Translations under genes and position numbers: made by a program
Shown here: one piece after another, positions 60,980 to 64,000 of the stretch
Numbering within the stretch: position 1 is the first letter of the stretch
How the letters are laid out: the number at the start of each line of letters is the position of its first letter
NCBI GenBank assembly: GCA_964016885.1
Contig: OZ024761.1
Span: 2,418,001-2,482,000, forward strand
DNA length: 64,000 nt
From: Eledone cirrhosa
Lineage: Eukaryota
Direction of reading: 5' to 3'
Notes under the pieces: generated by a model
The model's input: the letters and a program-made list of their open reading frames with translations, nothing else
Databases searched by the model: none
What the model was told of the DNA's origin: nothing

Positions 60980-63900
60980 ATGGCTGATATAAGAGTTGGG
61001 TGTCTGAATGTACACGGCCTGGGACTGTCTTGGAAACAAGGCAAACTTTTAAACGATCTCAGGTCGCATAGAATGGATGTAATGGCTATTTGCGAGTCCA
61101 GGATCAGCAGCAAGCGCCAACTGGCGCCCCTCTTCGACGACTTTGAGATCTTCGCATCTCTCTGTCAACCGGGGGGTGGGGGTGGAGTTGTCGTTCTGCT
61201 GCGAAAACACCTGGGCCTCGCCATACAGAAGGTGCAACTGGATCCGGAGGGTTGACTGGTGGTTTTAGACGTCGGCAGTAGTGAAAGTGGAGCCCTTAGA
61301 CTAATTGCTGTGTACGCCCCTTTTTGGGCAGCGCGGCCAGACTACTTCCAACGTCTGGAAACTTTTCTGGGAACGTCCTGTTCCTTGCTTTTAGTGGGGG
61401 ACTCGAATGGTATCCTGGATGCACGTTGGGACTATGTATGGGCATGTGCCAATAGAGGGGGGTGTAAAAGCCTCAAAAGGTTAATCGGCCGAATTGACCT
61501 GGCCGATAGATATCGACTAGATTTTCCGACTGTACCACTATGGACGTGGACCAATCGCAGCGGAAAATCTAGGTCGTACCTAGATAGGGTCCTAGTTAGA
61601 GATAAGGATAGGAACACATTTAGCTGTCCAAAAATGTTAATGGTTGACTATTCGGATCACAAGTTAGTGACCTGCATAGTCAACCTTGATAGAACCCATA
61701 GACAGGGACCCGGTTACTGGAAGCTGAACTTGTCCTTACCGACAAGCAAAGCTTACAGTAAACGGATTAGCACGTTAGTTAAGCAGAGTTTGACAGGGGC
61801 AATAGTCAACAACAGGTGGTGGAGCTCTCTTAAGAGAGCGATTAGAATAGAATTGATAGGTTTTAGTCAGGAATTAGCAAGGGATAGGAACAAGACGGAA
61901 AGGGAATTAGTAGATAGAGTAGAAGAGGCGATTAGGAGTGGCAATGTAGCCAGCGTGCTGGCATCAAGAATGGCCTTAGACCAGTTCTTTGATGTGAAGC
62001 ACGAGGGCTGCGTTGTCAGGAGTAAAATACGTGCTCTGGGTAATGAGTGAGCCAAAGCTGTTAGCTGGGCCCGAGTGACAGAGGCAAAAAGTGGGAACAA
62101 GTCCACGATTCGGTCTTTGAAGGACCAGGATGGGCATGTGATCCTTGAACCTGGGCAGATGTGTGCGGTCTTTCAGCGGCACTTTGCACGATTGTTCGGG
62201 AGGGGCGGCGCGCCGGGTGAGACTATGGATTTCAATCCATACCTCGACGGACTGCCGCGCCTCTCGGACGGGGAGGCGAAGTCCTGCGAAAGGCCGATTT
62301 CAATGCGGCAAACGCAAATCCCTGGGTCTCGATGGTCTACCATACGAGCTATATGTGGCGATGCCGGACTTGTTCTCTGATATCCTTGAAGCGGTCTACT
62401 GCAACTGGCAGCAGAACGGGAGAATTCCCAGTTCTGTGGCCAAGGGCGTAGTTATGCTGGTGAGGAAGGACGAGAGCAAGGGGGATGACATAAGTAACTT
62501 CAGGCCCATAACTCTGCTAAATGCAGAGTTAAAGATTTTGGCCAAGGTGTTAGCGAAGAGGTTGGCGCTTGTCGTCGGAAACCTGGTGGGAGAAGCGCAG
62601 ACATGCGCAATCCCATCCAGGTCCATTCACGACAATCTCCACCTTATGCAATACATCATAGAGAGGGTAGGGAATGAACCCGGCTTTGGTGGGGCCCTGA
62701 TCAACTTGGATCAATCTAAAGCTTTCGATAGGGTTGACCATCGTTACCTGGATGCGGTGCTCGCGGCGGCAGGCTTCGGACCCGTTTTCAGGGGTTGGAT
62801 TGCTGCGATGCACAGCAGCAACGTCTGCTCAAGGGTCAAGGTGAACGGCCACCTCTCGGAGCCGTTCCAAATCATGCGATCCATCCGACAGGGATGCCCT
62901 CTCTCCTCCCTTCTGTATGTGCTGGCTCTTGAGCCACTACTGCGGAAGTTGGAGCGGTTGCAGGGCATCCCTTTGGAACTGGGATTGCATCCCTTTGGAA
63001 CTGGGAACGCCGATGACGTGACAGTAATGGTGTCGAGAACCTCACAAATCGGTGAGATCGGCACCTTACTGGAGGAATATGAAAGGTTTACAGGAGCCAA
63101 GCTGAACCGGGACAAGTCCGTCGGTTTGCAACTCGGAACATGGAGAGGCAAACCGATGCCCTCCAATGACGTCGTCGGACGCTGGACGGAGGGTCCGGTG
63201 AAGCTGCTTGGGGTCTGGTTCGGACCAGACCTGCAGGTGGAGAAAAACTGGAACGAGGTAACGGCCAGGGTGTTTGCACTCGCCCAGAAATGGGCCCAGT
63301 GCAAACTATCCCTGAAAGGTCGAGCGGAGGTGGCGAATGCTTATATAGCATCCGTCATCTACTACCGCTTGACCGTCGTGCCTTGCCCAGTGAAAAGACT
63401 CGCCAAAATGGAGTGCGCGCTGTTCCAATTTCTTTGGAACAAGCGGGCCCCTTTGGTGAGGAGATCCATCTGCTGTCAACACCCTTCGAAAGGAGGGCTG
63501 GGGATGCCGTGGCTACAGATGCGTAAACACGCATTAAGGCTACGGCACCTCCAGGTATTCCTCACCGGTCAACCGGTGTGGGCCCCGTTTGTGAGGCGAG
63601 CCTTTCCCAGACTCGTCTCGCTCACCGAGCTGCAATCCTGGGTCAAGCAAAGACCGAGAAAAGTGGGCGACTGGCACATTGAATGTGCCCAGGCGCTCAC
63701 GGCCCTCTGGAAAGCGGACCCGGCAATCAGTGGAGACTCCACCTCGACATTCTATAGAGGGTTGGTACGCAGCAGGTGCGACGATGCTCTCGGAGAAGCT
63801 CTAGGCATGGAGGAAGATGAACTGGTCAGTCTGTTCGGTAGGACGTTTGGCCCTGGACCGATGGACAACTTCCAAAAGTCCCTGGCTTGGCAGTGCTACC

Positions 63901-64000
63901 GAGGGGCTCTACCCGTTCGAGACAAGCTCCACAGGCATGGGAGCCTGGGTAGGGATCCTTTGAATAAGATCTGTCTGAGATGCGTGCATGACGACGAAAC
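60980..64000 (+). pseudogene. LINE ORF2 (endonuclease-reverse transcriptase), disrupted
   Basis: In-frame TGA at 61253-61255 and 62048-62050, and frameshifts near 62300 and 63000. Confidence 0.88.

Larger units (their letters stand above)
59021..64000 (+). mobile_element. Tx1/L1-clade LINE with 5' UTR, ORF1 and degenerate ORF2; runs off the right edge
   Basis: ORF1 carries a CCHC knuckle. ORF2 from 60980 has APE motifs (CLNVHG, ICESR, VYAP, GDSN, SYLDR, SDH) and RT motifs (FRPITLLN, LDQSKAFDRV, RQGCPLS, ADD). Several stops and frameshifts. Confidence 0.92.

Noticed and set aside
56050-64000. Further TCHP exons
   Set aside because: No segment matching the next expected peptide (human EADRRILQAL...) with splice sites was found; the intron continues past the window.

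Overview
Repeat-dense animal genomic DNA, most likely a coleoid cephalopod such as Octopus (inferred from the SINE, RTE and MITE families; not proven). It holds parts of two divergently transcribed, intron-rich genes. GLTP (glycolipid transfer protein) is on the minus strand, with coding exons 1-3 at 11274-11166, 2728-2673 and 455-334, and continues off the left edge. TCHP (trichoplein) is on the plus strand, with 8 coding exons from 33385 to 56049 (296 codons), and continues off the right edge. The same head-to-head pair exists in human. The rest consists of decayed transposons (CRE-type, RTE and Tx1/L1 LINEs, a Ty3/Gypsy gag-pro fragment, three Helitrons, piggyBac-like MITEs, a Tc1/mariner remnant, a long-TIR foldback, tRNA-SINEs), a poly(A)-tailed 5S rRNA copy and many mini/microsatellites. 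Almost all long ORFs in the supplied track are repeat artefacts. The most unusual signal is how tandem repeats have invaded TCHP splice sites. A 44-bp minisatellite upstream of exon 2 is about 21 tandem copies of the complete 3' splice site. Exons 6 and 7 are preceded by AG-free microsatellites of about 555 and 887 nt. Several satellites can be traced to transposon ends.
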